A DNA stretch of 64,000 nt from an uncultured bacterium (GTDB lineage: Bacteria; Muiribacteriota; Ozemobacteria; Ozemobacterales; Ozemobacteraceae): positions 23,771 to 87,770 of the forward strand of contig CAYYIY010000002.1 in NCBI GenBank assembly GCA_964472075.1. The letters run 5' to 3'. The position numbers and the translations under genes were made by a program. The notes beneath the pieces were generated by a model. The model did no database searches, had not been told where the DNA came from, and was given only the letters and a program-made list of their open reading frames with translations. Position 1 is the first letter of the stretch. Each line of letters opens with the position of its first letter. This document shows, in pieces, positions 1-11,025 of the stretch.

Positions 1-1570
1 GCGCGCGTTCCTGCCGCAGAGCCAGTTGTCGCATGCGAAGAACCTCAAAGAGAACATGGGCAAACCCTGCCCCATGATGGTCATGGAATTCGACCGCCGC
101 CGCAAGAACGTTGTCGTGTCTGAACGCGCGCTGGCCGAAGAAGCTCGCAACAAGCGCCGCGACGAAGTGTTCGCTCAGTGCAAGGTCGGCGACATGATCA
201 AGGGTGTGGTCTCCCGCATTGTCGAATACGGTGCGTTCGTCGATCTCGGCGGCGGCCTCGAAGGGCTGATTCACCGCAACGACATCAGCTGGTCGGTCAT
301 CGGCAATCCTCGTGAAGTGCTGCAGCCGGGCCAGGAAATCGAAGCCAAGATTCTGAAAATGGATACCGAAAAGGGCAAGATCGGTCTGGGCCTCAAGCAG
401 AAGAAGGAAGACCCGTGGGGCACCGTTGATCAGCGCTATGAAGTCGGTCGCCGCTATGAAGGCCGCGTCAAGAACATCATGGATTTCGGCGCATTCGTCG
501 AGCTGGAAGAAGGTGTCGAAGGTCTCGTTCACATCTCCGATCTTTCGTGGGCTCGCAATGTGCGACATCCCAGCGATATCGTGAAGTCCGGCGATCAGAT
601 CACCGTCGTGGTCAAAGAGATCGACAAGACCAAGAAGCGCATTTCCCTGTCCTACAAAGAAACGCAGCCCCACCCCTGGGATGACCTCGAAAAGAAGATC
701 AAGATCGGCGATGTCGTGAAGGGCAAGGTCAACAACCTGACCGACTTCGGCGCGTTCATCGATATTGGTGAAGGCATCGAAGGTTTGCTGCATATTTCCG
801 ACATGGATTGGGTGAAGAAGATCAATCACCCGAAGGAAGTCCTCGAGAAGGGCCAGGAAGTCGAAGTCAAGATCCTCAACATCGACTCCAAGGGTCGCCG
901 CCTGTCGCTGGGTCTCAAGCAGACGCAGAATGACCCGTGGGAAAACGTTGAAACCACCTATCATGTGGGCGAAACCGTCAGCGGCGTGGTGAAGAATCTC
1001 GTCAGCTATGGTGCGTTCATCCAGCTCGAGAGCGGACTCGAAGGCCTGCTGCATGTTTCCGAAGTTTCCTGGGAAAAGGAAATCAAGGACATCTCTGAAG
1101 TGCTCAAAGTCGGCGATCAGGTGCAGGTGACCGTGTATGAAGTCGACAAGAGCCGCCAGAAGATCGGCCTCTCGCTCAAGCGCCTCAGCGATGACCCCTG
1201 GAAGGGCATCGAGAAACGCTTCCCCGTGAACAGCATTCAGCCCTGCAAGGTGAAGACCATCGATAACAATGGCGTCGAAGTCGAGCTGGCCGAGAATATC
1301 TTCGGGTACATTCACATCTCTCAGATCGATGCCGAGCGGGTGCAGCACCCCAGCGAGAAGCTGAGCGTCGGTCAGGAGATCTTCGTGAAAGTGCTCGAAC
1401 TCGATCGCAAGAACCGCCGCATGAAACTCTCTCGGAAAGAAGCGATGCTTGATTCCGAGCAGCAGGAACTCCGCCGATTCCAGGTGCAGTCCAACCAGGG
1501 CTTCTCTGATTCCATCGGCGACCTGATGCGCGACAAGCTCGAAGCCATCAAGGAACAGCTCAAGGGGTAA
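1..1570 (+). CDS. rpsA: 30S ribosomal protein S1, 5'-truncated at the window edge
   Basis: Repeated S1 domains with the pattern 'G..V.G.V....GAFV.L..G.EGL.HIS' occur at least five times. The reading frame is open to nt 1, so the true start lies upstream. A stem-loop terminator follows the stop. Confidence 0.9.
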   Translation, partial: RAFLPQSQLSHAKNLKENMGKPCPMMVMEFDRRRKNVVVSERALAEEARNKRRDEVFAQCKVGDMIKGVVSRIVEYGAFVDLGGGLEGLIHRNDISWSVIGNPREVLQPGQEIEAKILKMDTEKGKIGLGLKQKKEDPWGTVDQRYEVGRRYEGRVKNIMDFGAFVELEEGVEGLVHISDLSWARNVRHPSDIVKSGDQITVVVKEIDKTKKRISLSYKETQPHPWDDLEKKIKIGDVVKGKVNNLTDFGAFIDIGEGIEGLLHISDMDWVKKINHPKEVLEKGQEVEVKILNIDSKGRRLSLGLKQTQNDPWENVETTYHVGETVSGVVKNLVSYGAFIQLESGLEGLLHVSEVSWEKEIKDISEVLKVGDQVQVTVYEVDKSRQKIGLSLKRLSDDPWKGIEKRFPVNSIQPCKVKTIDNNGVEVELAENIFGYIHISQIDAERVQHPSEKLSVGQEIFVKVLELDRKNRRMKLSRKEAMLDSEQQELRRFQVQSNQGFSDSIGDLMRDKLEAIKEQLKG

Positions 1571-1595
1571 GTCCCCACGTATGGTGATGAAGCAT

Positions 1596-1634
1596 ACCCG
1601 CCCTGGATCCCAACGGACCCGGGCGGGTTTTTTC
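1596..1634 (+). terminator. Rho-independent terminator after rpsA
   Basis: An 8-bp GC-rich inverted repeat, ACCCGCCC ... GGGCGGGT, is followed by a TTTTTT tract. Confidence 0.55.
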
Positions 1635-1646
1635 TTGTTCGTATAA

Positions 1647-2693
<1,047 letters not shown>

Positions 2694-2851
2694 GTGCGGT
2701 TCTCTCGCAGCGATCAGTGTTTTCGTCTGCGGAGGCCGGTTTGACCGTGAATTGAAGCGGGGCCTCGCAATCGGGGCTCCGCTTGTTTTTGTCTCCGAAA
2801 TGGTTTATTGATGTATGACACCTTCAGAAACAGGAGGAAATGAGGAATCCT

Positions 2852-4051
2852 ATGTTCCGAACGATTAAAGACATTCAGTTCAAAGGCAAGCGCACAATTG
2901 TTCGCGTCGACTTCAATGTTCCGCTCGACAAGAGCCTGAACATCACCGACGATACCCGCATCCGCGCCGCCGTTCCCACGCTCAAGCACATCATCGAGCA
3001 GGGCGGTCGGCTGATCATCATGTCGCATCTGGGTCGCCCCAAGGGCGGACCGGACCCGAAATATACGCTGAAGTCGGTTCTCAAACGCCTCGAAGAGCTG
3101 CTTGGTCGCAAGGTCGCTTTTGCGAGCGATTGTATCGGCGAAGAAGCTGAGAAGATGGCGAAGAGTCTGAAAGACGGCGAAGTGCTGCTGCTTGAGAATC
3201 TCCGCTTCCATGCGGAAGAAGAGAAGAACGAACCCGGCTTTGCCAAGAAGCTGGCCGGTCTCGCCGAGATCTATGTCAGCGACGCATTCGGCACCGCGCA
3301 TCGCGCGCATGCCTCGACCGCCGGCGTGGCCGATACGTTGCCCGCGTATGCCGGTTTCCTGATGGAAAAGGAAATCACCTATCTGAACAAGGTGACCCAG
3401 AACCCGGAACGCCCGTTCGTGGCTATCATGGGCGGAGCCAAGGTTTCCGACAAGATCAAGGTCATCGAGAACCTGCTCAAGAAGGTTGATGCGCTGCTCA
3501 TCGGCGGCGGCATGGCTTTCACGTTCATCAAGGCGATGGGCCACGAGATCGGCAAATCGCTGTGCGAAGCCGATCAGCTCGAAACCGCGAAGAAGATCAT
3601 GGCTTCGGCCAAATCAGCGGGCAAGACCTTGTTGTTACCCGTCGACGTGGTCTGTGCCCCTGAGATCAAAGAGGGCGTGGCAGTGAAAACGGTTGACGTC
3701 AAAGCGATGCCTGCTGACCAGCTCGGACTTGATATCGGCCCCAAGACCGTCGAGCTCTTCACCGCCGAACTGAAGAAGGCGCACACCGTTCTCTGGAACG
3801 GCCCGATGGGGGTTTTCGAAACCAAGCCGTTTGATGTCGGCACCCGAAAAGTGGCGGAAGCGCTTACCACGCTGAAGGCGACGACGGTCGTCGGCGGTGG
3901 TGATTCGGTGGCTGCCATCGAGCAGATGGGAGCCGCTGACAAGGTGAGCCACGTTTCGACCGGCGGCGGCGCATGTCTGGAGTATCTTGAAGGCCTGGTT
4001 CTGCCGGGCATCGAGATCTTCTCGCGCGATATCAAAAGTATGATGAAATGA
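2852..4051 (+). CDS. pgk: Phosphoglycerate kinase
   Basis: The protein begins MFRTIKDIQFKGKRTIVRVDFNVPLD, a typical PGK N-terminus, and has the GGGMAFTF hinge motif. An alternative ATG at 2840 is too close to the AGGAGG box, so 2852 is preferred. Confidence 0.9.
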   Translation: MFRTIKDIQFKGKRTIVRVDFNVPLDKSLNITDDTRIRAAVPTLKHIIEQGGRLIIMSHLGRPKGGPDPKYTLKSVLKRLEELLGRKVAFASDCIGEEAEKMAKSLKDGEVLLLENLRFHAEEEKNEPGFAKKLAGLAEIYVSDAFGTAHRAHASTAGVADTLPAYAGFLMEKEITYLNKVTQNPERPFVAIMGGAKVSDKIKVIENLLKKVDALLIGGGMAFTFIKAMGHEIGKSLCEADQLETAKKIMASAKSAGKTLLLPVDVVCAPEIKEGVAVKTVDVKAMPADQLGLDIGPKTVELFTAELKKAHTVLWNGPMGVFETKPFDVGTRKVAEALTTLKATTVVGGGDSVAAIEQMGAADKVSHVSTGGGACLEYLEGLVLPGIEIFSRDIKSMMK

Positions 4052-4061
4052 GGTGACTTGA

Positions 4062-4814
4062 ATGCCACGTCGACCGCTTATCGCGGCTAACTGGAAGATG
4101 CACAAGACCCAGGCGGATGCCCGGGCCTTCATGTCCGCTTTTATTCCGAAAGTTTCGGCGGTGAAAGACCGAGATATCCTGGTCTGCCCGCCGTATCCGC
4201 TGATCTCGGTGGTCGATGCCGCCCGCCGCGACACCAATATTTTTCTCGGGGCGCAGAACATGTACTTCGAGGAAAAAGGGGCATTTACCGGCGAGGTATC
4301 GCCGCTGATGCTGAAAGACCTGCACTGTGAATTCGTTATTCTGGGTCATTCCGAGCGGCGCTGGGTTTTCAACGAAACCGATGAACTCATCAATCGCAAG
4401 ACGCTGGCCGCCGTCGAGAAGGGCATTATTCCGATTCTCTGCGTCGGTGAGAAGCTCGATGAGCGCGAAAAGAATCTGACCGAGCAGGTGATTCTGAATC
4501 AGTGCGAGAAGGGCCTGCAGGGACTCAACGAGAAAACCGTCGGCGGCATGGTCATTGCCTATGAGCCGGTGTGGGCCATTGGTACGGGCAAGAATGCCTC
4601 GACCAAAGATGCCAAGGATGCGATTGCGCTGATTCGTGAATTCGTGCACAGTCGCTTCGGCGCTGATGCGGCCGCCAAGGTGCGCATTCTCTACGGCGGC
4701 TCGGTCAAACCCGAGAACTTCAAGACCTACATGGACCAGGAAGGCATCGATGGCGGTCTGGTTGGTGGCGCCAGCCTCGAGGCCGAGTCTTTCGCCAAGC
4801 TCGTCATGTACTAG
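4062..4814 (+). CDS. tpiA: Triosephosphate isomerase
   Basis: Motifs IAANWKMHKT, GHSERR, AYEPVWAIGTG and YGGSV are present. The gene completes a gap-pgk-tpiA operon. Confidence 0.95.
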   Translation: MPRRPLIAANWKMHKTQADARAFMSAFIPKVSAVKDRDILVCPPYPLISVVDAARRDTNIFLGAQNMYFEEKGAFTGEVSPLMLKDLHCEFVILGHSERRWVFNETDELINRKTLAAVEKGIIPILCVGEKLDEREKNLTEQVILNQCEKGLQGLNEKTVGGMVIAYEPVWAIGTGKNASTKDAKDAIALIREFVHSRFGADAAAKVRILYGGSVKPENFKTYMDQEGIDGGLVGGASLEAESFAKLVMY

Positions 4815-4837
4815 TTCCTCGGCTCTGCCGTCATTTC

Positions 4838-4876
4838 AAACCCCGCGAGGCCGTCGATCGGTTCGCGGGGTTTTCC
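4838..4876 (+). terminator. Rho-independent terminator after tpiA
   Basis: An 8-bp stem, CCCCGCGA ... TCGCGGGG, is followed by TTTTCC. Confidence 0.5.
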
Positions 4877-4924
4877 GTTTCGGACGATTACAGGGTATAA
4901 TGGCGACGTCGGAAAGGGGACTCC

Positions 4925-6697
4925 GTGGGCATTCGTTTGAAACTGGGCTTGGGCTTTGCCGCCCTGATCATCATTCTCAGCTCGCTGACCTGGTACTGGG
5001 GAGCGAGAAGCCTCGGGCTTTCCATCGACTCGTCCGATAGTCTGAAACTGATCAGTCTGCGAGAAGAGTGGCAGACTCACTGGCGACGCGAGCAAGAGAC
5101 TCTCAAGGGACTCGGCGTTGAAGTGGCAAAGGCGTTCGCCCCGTACGTCATGCCGAGAGTCGAACTCGACCCTGACCCTGACAAACCGGAAGCAACCTCA
5201 TCGAACGCCCTCGCTCCGGCTGCGCTTGACACTGCACGCCTGATCGCCGATCGTTTGCGCTCGCATCTGAAACTCGAATGGATCGAGTTGCGTCGAGACG
5301 GTCGATTGCTGCTGTATCCGGAAGTGACCATGACCGGGTTACCGGAGAACCCCCTGCCTGAACCCATTCGTCTGGCCACCGACGGCCCCCTGTCGTTACA
5401 CGGGTATATCGTAGCCGTGCAGCCGATTGCCGGTGCGAATATCGAAGTTGTTCTGGCTCGACAATCAGATTTGCCGCTGATTCCACTCTCTTGCTTCTGG
5501 GACACACGCGGCTATCTGGCCGGTGTGCCGAATGTGGTGAGCGAAGAGTGGTATCGCCGCGAGCGGTCCAGAACGGAGCCGGGTGACCCGGTGGTGGCAC
5601 AGATTCTCTTTCAGGGCCGTTTGTACCGGTTGCGCATCGAAGAACGTGCTGCTGGTGAAAAAAGACTGATGGTCGGTTACGAAGCAGATGCTTCCGTGCT
5701 GACTCGTGCCGGCGTCAGCGATCTGTTGATCCAGTTGGCGGTACTGCAGACAGCCGGCTTTCTGATTCTTGGCTACTTTCTCGGCCGTCGCCTGTTTCGT
5801 CCGCTTGAAAGCTTGCGCGAAGGGATGGAGAGGGTCGCGGCCGGTCAGTGGCAAAAGATTCCTGAAGACGGTGACGATGAGATCGGTCAGGTCGCACGCA
5901 GCTTCAATCGCATGGTTCAGGATCTGGCCCAGGCTCAAGCCCGTCTGCTCGAAGTACAGCGGGAACTGGTGGCCAAGGAAAAAATGGCCGTTCTCGGAAG
6001 ATTTTCTGCCGGAGTGGCGCACGAGATCAACAATCCGCTCGGAACCATTCTGATCTGCGCCGGCAACGCTCGCGAGCTGCTCGAAAGCTCCGGCAGAGTC
6101 GATGCCGAAGATCTCACCAGTATTATCGAAGAAACCAAGCGTTGTCGTCAGATTGTCGACTCGCTGCTCAACTATGCCAGAAATCGGCCTCCGGAAAGAA
6201 GCGACGTAAAACTGGCGGATCTGGTGCGCGAAGCCGTGAACCAGCTCAAGCCGGAACGCGATGCCGCTTCCGTCATGGAACCCGTGAGAGACTTCGGCGA
6301 TCTGACTCTGCAGGTCGACGGCCGGGCCATCATTCAGGTGCTGCGTAACCTGCTCGCGAATGCGTGCGATGCGGTGCAGGGGATCGAGCGACCTCGTGTG
6401 ACGATGGACGTTCGGACCCCCGAGCCCGGCTGGGTGGAAGTCAGTGTGCTGGATAACGGTCCTGGACTGCCGGGCGGGGAAAGCCATCTGTTCGAGCCGT
6501 TCTATTCGACGAAAAGCAAGGGAACCGGACTCGGCCTGGCGATCTCTCAATCGATTGTTGAAAGTCACGGCGGAAGGCTCTGGGCTGAGCGCCTTCACGA
6601 GGGGCGCACCGCTTTTCGTTTCACCGTCCCTTCTCAGTCGCCGAGTTTGTCGGTGCCTTCAGACAACAGACCGAATCGAAATGAGGCCTCACCATGA
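4925..6697 (+). CDS. Sensor histidine kinase with TM, HAMP, HisKA and HATPase domains
   Basis: The H-box is HEINNPLGTI. G1 and G2 boxes are DNGPGLP and GTGLGLAIS. An N-terminal TM helix is present. The start is a GTG preceded by AAAGGGGA. Confidence 0.85.
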   Translation: MGIRLKLGLGFAALIIILSSLTWYWGARSLGLSIDSSDSLKLISLREEWQTHWRREQETLKGLGVEVAKAFAPYVMPRVELDPDPDKPEATSSNALAPAALDTARLIADRLRSHLKLEWIELRRDGRLLLYPEVTMTGLPENPLPEPIRLATDGPLSLHGYIVAVQPIAGANIEVVLARQSDLPLIPLSCFWDTRGYLAGVPNVVSEEWYRRERSRTEPGDPVVAQILFQGRLYRLRIEERAAGEKRLMVGYEADASVLTRAGVSDLLIQLAVLQTAGFLILGYFLGRRLFRPLESLREGMERVAAGQWQKIPEDGDDEIGQVARSFNRMVQDLAQAQARLLEVQRELVAKEKMAVLGRFSAGVAHEINNPLGTILICAGNARELLESSGRVDAEDLTSIIEETKRCRQIVDSLLNYARNRPPERSDVKLADLVREAVNQLKPERDAASVMEPVRDFGDLTLQVDGRAIIQVLRNLLANACDAVQGIERPRVTMDVRTPEPGWVEVSVLDNGPGLPGGESHLFEPFYSTKSKGTGLGLAISQSIVESHGGRLWAERLHEGRTAFRFTVPSQSPSLSVPSDNRPNRNEASP

Positions 6698-8058
6698 GCA
6701 AGAAGATCCTGCTGATCGATGACGAAGTGAAGTTGCTGCAAGCCCTGAAGAAGGCTTTGGAGCGCGAAGGATACGAGGTGTTCGGTTTTTCAGACCCGGC
6801 GGCGGCGCTGGATTTCGCTTTGCAGCGCGATGTCGATCTGATCGTGTCGGATATCCGCATGCCCGGACTTTCCGGCCTGGAGCTCATGAGCAGACTTGGT
6901 GCCGCCGGACGAAACATCCAGACGATTCTCATGACGGCCTACTCATCAGTCGAGACAGCGGTTACGGCCGTGAAAATGGGTGCGCGTGATTATCTCATCA
7001 AGCCCTTCGAAGTGAGTGACTTCAAGCAGGCGGTACGCAAGGTTCTGGAAACGGCTGCGGCAAACGGCAGCGAGTCTTCCTCTTCAACACCCTATGAAAT
7101 CGTCGGACATTCACCCGCGATCAGACAGGTGCTCGATCTCATCGAACGAGTCGCCGACACGGAAAGCACGGTGTTGCTGCATGGAGAAAGCGGTACAGGC
7201 AAGGAACTGGTGGCTCGGGCACTGCATGCGCGTTCCAGAAGGCGAGATTGTCCGTTTGTTCCGGTCAACTGCAGCACGTTGCCCGAAACACTCTTTGAGA
7301 GCGAGGTGTTTGGTCACGTTCGGGGTAGTTTCACCGGTGCGGTTGGTGACAAGATCGGCCTGTTGGTCGAAGCGCAGGGTGGCACGCTCTTTCTCGATGA
7401 GATCGGGGATCTCGCTCCCGCGAACCAGGCGAAGCTGTTGCGGGTTTTGCAGGATGGAACCTTCAAGCGGGTCGGTGACTCGCGGACCATGACGGCGAAC
7501 GTTCGCGTGCTGGCGGCGACGAATCGTCAGTTGCGCCAGGAAGTCGGAGCCGGTCGTTTTCGTGAAGATCTATTGTACAGGTTAGCTGTTGTCGAGATCG
7601 GCCTGCCTCCTTTGCGTGAACGGTGTGATGATATGGCGGAACTGGTGGCGCATTTTCTGCGTCGAGCGGCCGTGAAACATCATCGCCCCCTGCCGACCTA
7701 TGATGAATCGCTGATTCGGCATCTGATGACACATGCCTGGCCCGGCAACATTCGCGAGCTGGAGAACTATCTGGAGCGGGCGATCATTCTGAACCGTGGA
7801 GACACGCTTTCACCGGAAGCCGTGCCCCTGCCGCGGCCGGCTGCGGAACAGCCGCAATCGACCCGAGAACAACCGCTGCCGGGAGTGGAGGGCAATCTGG
7901 GGGAAACCATCGATCGCATCGAACAGGAACTGGTCATGCGCGCTTTGGAAACGGCTCGCGGCAATCATTCCCGGGCCGCCGAGATTCTGGGGGTGACGCG
8001 GCAGAATTTGCATTACAAGATCAAGAAATACCGTCTGGGAGACTGGGGTCGCTCATGA
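6694..8058 (+). CDS. Sigma-54-dependent response regulator of the NtrC/AtoC family
   Basis: It has a receiver domain (LLIDDE ... D54-like). The AAA+ motifs are GESGTGKE and the GSFTGA (GAFTGA) sigma-54 contact. A C-terminal Fis-type HTH, ILGVTRQNLHYKIKKY, is present. There is a 4-nt overlap with the kinase. Confidence 0.9.
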   Translation: MSKKILLIDDEVKLLQALKKALEREGYEVFGFSDPAAALDFALQRDVDLIVSDIRMPGLSGLELMSRLGAAGRNIQTILMTAYSSVETAVTAVKMGARDYLIKPFEVSDFKQAVRKVLETAAANGSESSSSTPYEIVGHSPAIRQVLDLIERVADTESTVLLHGESGTGKELVARALHARSRRRDCPFVPVNCSTLPETLFESEVFGHVRGSFTGAVGDKIGLLVEAQGGTLFLDEIGDLAPANQAKLLRVLQDGTFKRVGDSRTMTANVRVLAATNRQLRQEVGAGRFREDLLYRLAVVEIGLPPLRERCDDMAELVAHFLRRAAVKHHRPLPTYDESLIRHLMTHAWPGNIRELENYLERAIILNRGDTLSPEAVPLPRPAAEQPQSTREQPLPGVEGNLGETIDRIEQELVMRALETARGNHSRAAEILGVTRQNLHYKIKKYRLGDWGRS

Positions 8059-9290
8059 ACGGTGCTCGCAGCCTGTGCTGGCTGCTGTTCCTCGGGTTGC
8101 AGTTCGTTTCTGTCTGCGAAGGACAGGGGTTGGCAACCTGGACTATTCGTCAAACCGCTTCGGGGGTGTCGCTGCTTTTCAGCGAACCGGTATCTCTCGA
8201 AGGCATACGCTTGCCGGCTGTCGCGCCCGAATTGTGGGGTCGCGGCCGCCGCGGGACAATTGCCGCATTGGAATCGAATCATGCCGTGGGCGTTGCGGTG
8301 CCGGAAACGGCTTCAATGACTCTGTTCGGCATCATCGCCGACGCTTCTGCGACACGCCTCGACATCGTACCGGTATACTCGGACCCGGAACCTGAATCGA
8401 TCAGCTCTGGCGAGGAAAAGAAAGTCGAGAGTCCATTCGGACAGATACAGGTTGTCGGCACCTCGGCCGAGCAGAAAAGACTGGAAATTGCGCTGAAATC
8501 GTGTCTGCAGGAAGAAGTCGACTGGCAACGTCGGCGCGGCTGTTTTTCGTGCCATCGCCTGTTGCCGTTGGGGCTGGCGGTAAAAACGGCATCTGAACGC
8601 AAGATGAACATTCCGCTGGAAGCCGTTCGAGAGCTGCTGCAGAATCTGACCGAATGGCAGAACTCGAACGGGGCCTGGTACTTTCGGCGTGAGCCGCAAT
8701 ACGGCACGCTGACCGGGACGCTGACCGCTGTGGCGGTCATGGGCTGGTGGGAAGAGTTGAACGAATCAGACGGGAGCGTGACGCTCCTGAAGGGACTCGC
8801 CTATCTTGCGGACAAGCAGCTGGACGACGGTGGTATGGTTTTTGACTTTTCGTTTCCGCCGCTGTTTTACGGGCGGGCCGCGGCCGGGTGGTTGCTGCTC
8901 AACGGGCTTGTTTTCGGCCGGAAGGAAGTCGAACGTTGCGGGCGCCTGTTTCCTGACCGTCTGCAGAGCGCTCAAAAAAAATTGCAGAACTGGTTTCCGC
9001 ATGCTGTCGACCATGCCTGGAGAAAGCTGCTGTTCATCATCATGGCCGGGCACCTGACAAAAGATGCCGGTGTCCCGTCAGGAAGCGGGCTGTCCGAATT
9101 TCTGATTCAGGAAGTCAGGCAGCTCGGCTTCCCGCCCGAACTGCCGATCAGTGCTCTGGTCAATCTGGCTCTTCGTGCCGAGGGGCGCACGTTGTTGCCG
9201 CGTCGGCTGTTTCTCGGCGATCGTCCGACGAATGCGGTCAGATTCTGGGAACTGCTCGACGGCCTGCTTCGAGAAGCTGAAGCGTGGTGA
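8055..9290 (+). CDS. Secreted hypothetical protein with prenyltransferase/squalene-cyclase-like (alpha/alpha-toroid) repeats
   Basis: A signal peptide is present. QxxxGxW and QxxDGG motifs are seen (QNSNGAW, KQLDDGGMVF). An ATGA overlap with the upstream regulator gene indicates translational coupling. Confidence 0.55.
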   Translation: MNGARSLCWLLFLGLQFVSVCEGQGLATWTIRQTASGVSLLFSEPVSLEGIRLPAVAPELWGRGRRGTIAALESNHAVGVAVPETASMTLFGIIADASATRLDIVPVYSDPEPESISSGEEKKVESPFGQIQVVGTSAEQKRLEIALKSCLQEEVDWQRRRGCFSCHRLLPLGLAVKTASERKMNIPLEAVRELLQNLTEWQNSNGAWYFRREPQYGTLTGTLTAVAVMGWWEELNESDGSVTLLKGLAYLADKQLDDGGMVFDFSFPPLFYGRAAAGWLLLNGLVFGRKEVERCGRLFPDRLQSAQKKLQNWFPHAVDHAWRKLLFIIMAGHLTKDAGVPSGSGLSEFLIQEVRQLGFPPELPISALVNLALRAEGRTLLPRRLFLGDRPTNAVRFWELLDGLLREAEAW

Positions 9291-10783
9291 CGGTGAAGAA
9301 AACGTCGAAGGCTGTCGATACTCGAGAGCGTATGATCTTCCATGCGCCCTTGTTGTCTTTGTCGGGTTCGCATACCGGCCTGCCTCGACACCTGCTGATC
9401 GTGGTTCTGTGCTGGGTTGTCATGGCGATGACGGCGTTCGCCGCTCCCATGGCCGGCAGAACCGAGGCGATGGTGACGGCCGGTCAGGAGAGGTCTGCGG
9501 TCGCCGGCAATACGGTTTCCGGCGCGTCGACGAAGCGTGAGCCGGTAGATCCGTCCATTCCGCGTGATATCGTGCGCGATTTCGAAGTGCTGCGGCAGCA
9601 GTTGTCGCAGCGGCCGCGCGATGTGGCGATTCTCAACTCACTTGGCATTCTCTATGCCCGCGTCGGTCAGCTGAATGATGCGCTTTCGGTCTGGCAGAGA
9701 GCGTTGGAATTTGATCCGAAGTATGTGCATTTGTACAACAACATCGGTTCGGCGCTGAAAACCCAGAGGCGTTTTGCCGAAGCGCGAGAGGTGTTCCAGC
9801 GCGGGTTGCAGGTTGCTCCCTCCTATTGGATCCATTACAATCTGGGTTTGCTCGAGAAAGAACTGGGACGATATTCCGAGGCGGTTGTCTGCTTTCAGCA
9901 GGCATTGCGGATGTATCCGACCTTTGAGCCCGCGCAACAGAAGATGCGCGAGATCGCCGCCCTCGTTTCAGGTCGCCCCGAGATGGGCGGAGCGAACCTT
10001 GCGCCTCCCGAACTTCCCTTTCCCTTTGAGGTGAAGCCGCCGGTGGGGCCGGGAGAGATGGCGCAGGCTGCCGAAGAAAATGAGGAAGAGGAAGGACAGA
10101 CCGGCCGTCGCTGGGGCGGGGCAAATCGAGGTTCGAATGATGTCGGCCCTGTATCGACGGTTGCCGAATGTGTCGCGATTCTCAGTCGTCATCAGCCGGG
10201 GCGTCTGGGGAAGACCATCGCACTGACCTTTGACGACGGGCCTCATCCTTCCTATACCGCGCAGCTGCTCGACTATTTGCGCTCTCAGGGGGCGAAGGCC
10301 ACTTTTTTCGTGCTGGGTTCGCGCGCCGAAGCCTACCCGCATCTGATTACGCGCATGAGCGACGAAGGGCATGAGTTGGCCAATCACACCTGGAGCCATC
10401 GCTCGCTGGCCAATCAGAACCAGGCGACCGCGCTGTCCGAGTTGCGCCGCACTTCAGAGCTTCTGGCCGGCCTGACCGGGCGTTCTCCACGACTGGTACG
10501 CCCGCCCTATGGTCATACGAATGCACGTGTCGCTCAGCTGATCAGAGGTCAGGGGTGGCACCAGATCATGTGGGATGCCGACAGTCGCGACTGGGCGGGA
10601 GGCAGCTCTCAAGCGATGTTGCAGCGTGTGCTGCGGCAGTTCATGCCGGGAGGCATTGTTCTGTTTCACGATATTCATTCCGGCATGTTGCGGGTGTTGC
10701 CGGTTCTGATTCCGGCTCTGAAACAGTGCGGCTATCGATTTGTCACCGTGTCCGAGCTGATGGCTCTCGATCCGGCCAACTGA
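9284..10783 (+). CDS. TPR-repeat protein with a C-terminal polysaccharide deacetylase (NodB/CE4) domain
   Basis: TPR repeats are visible, for example LNSLGILYARVGQLNDALSVWQRALEFDP. NodB motifs are TFDDGP and HTWSH. An N-terminal TM helix is present. The start is uncertain: a GTG at 9284 or an ATG at 9331. Confidence 0.75.
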   Translation: MVTVKKTSKAVDTRERMIFHAPLLSLSGSHTGLPRHLLIVVLCWVVMAMTAFAAPMAGRTEAMVTAGQERSAVAGNTVSGASTKREPVDPSIPRDIVRDFEVLRQQLSQRPRDVAILNSLGILYARVGQLNDALSVWQRALEFDPKYVHLYNNIGSALKTQRRFAEAREVFQRGLQVAPSYWIHYNLGLLEKELGRYSEAVVCFQQALRMYPTFEPAQQKMREIAALVSGRPEMGGANLAPPELPFPFEVKPPVGPGEMAQAAEENEEEEGQTGRRWGGANRGSNDVGPVSTVAECVAILSRHQPGRLGKTIALTFDDGPHPSYTAQLLDYLRSQGAKATFFVLGSRAEAYPHLITRMSDEGHELANHTWSHRSLANQNQATALSELRRTSELLAGLTGRSPRLVRPPYGHTNARVAQLIRGQGWHQIMWDADSRDWAGGSSQAMLQRVLRQFMPGGIVLFHDIHSGMLRVLPVLIPALKQCGYRFVTVSELMALDPAN

Positions 10784-10788
10784 AGCCT

Positions 10789-11025
10789 ATGGCAGCGGCA
10801 CTCTTTGACTTCTGTCTGATTCTCCTCCTGTTGGGATTTTTTCTCTACGGCCTGCGGGAGTGGGATCATCTGCTGGCCGACCCGGAGGACGAACATCGCG
10901 GCAAACCGGGAGGAGCGGTCGAACCTCTACCTGCCGGTCGGAAAATCGCGATCTGGGTTCTGGTTGCCGGTCTGGGGTTGGTCGCGCTGGCGACCGATCT
11001 GCTGAGCTGGTGGCGCGGCGAGTAA
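10789..11025 (+). CDS. Small two-TM membrane protein, hypothetical
   Basis: The 78-aa ORF has two hydrophobic helices and GC3-biased codons. The longer track ORF 10555..11025 overlaps the deacetylase gene, so it was trimmed to the first ATG after that gene's stop. There is no clear SD. Confidence 0.35.
   Translation: MAAALFDFCLILLLLGFFLYGLREWDHLLADPEDEHRGKPGGAVEPLPAGRKIAIWVLVAGLGLVALATDLLSWWRGE

Noticed and set aside
5465-6598. 377-aa minus-strand ORF
   Set aside because: It is antisense within the histidine kinase gene and has no motifs.
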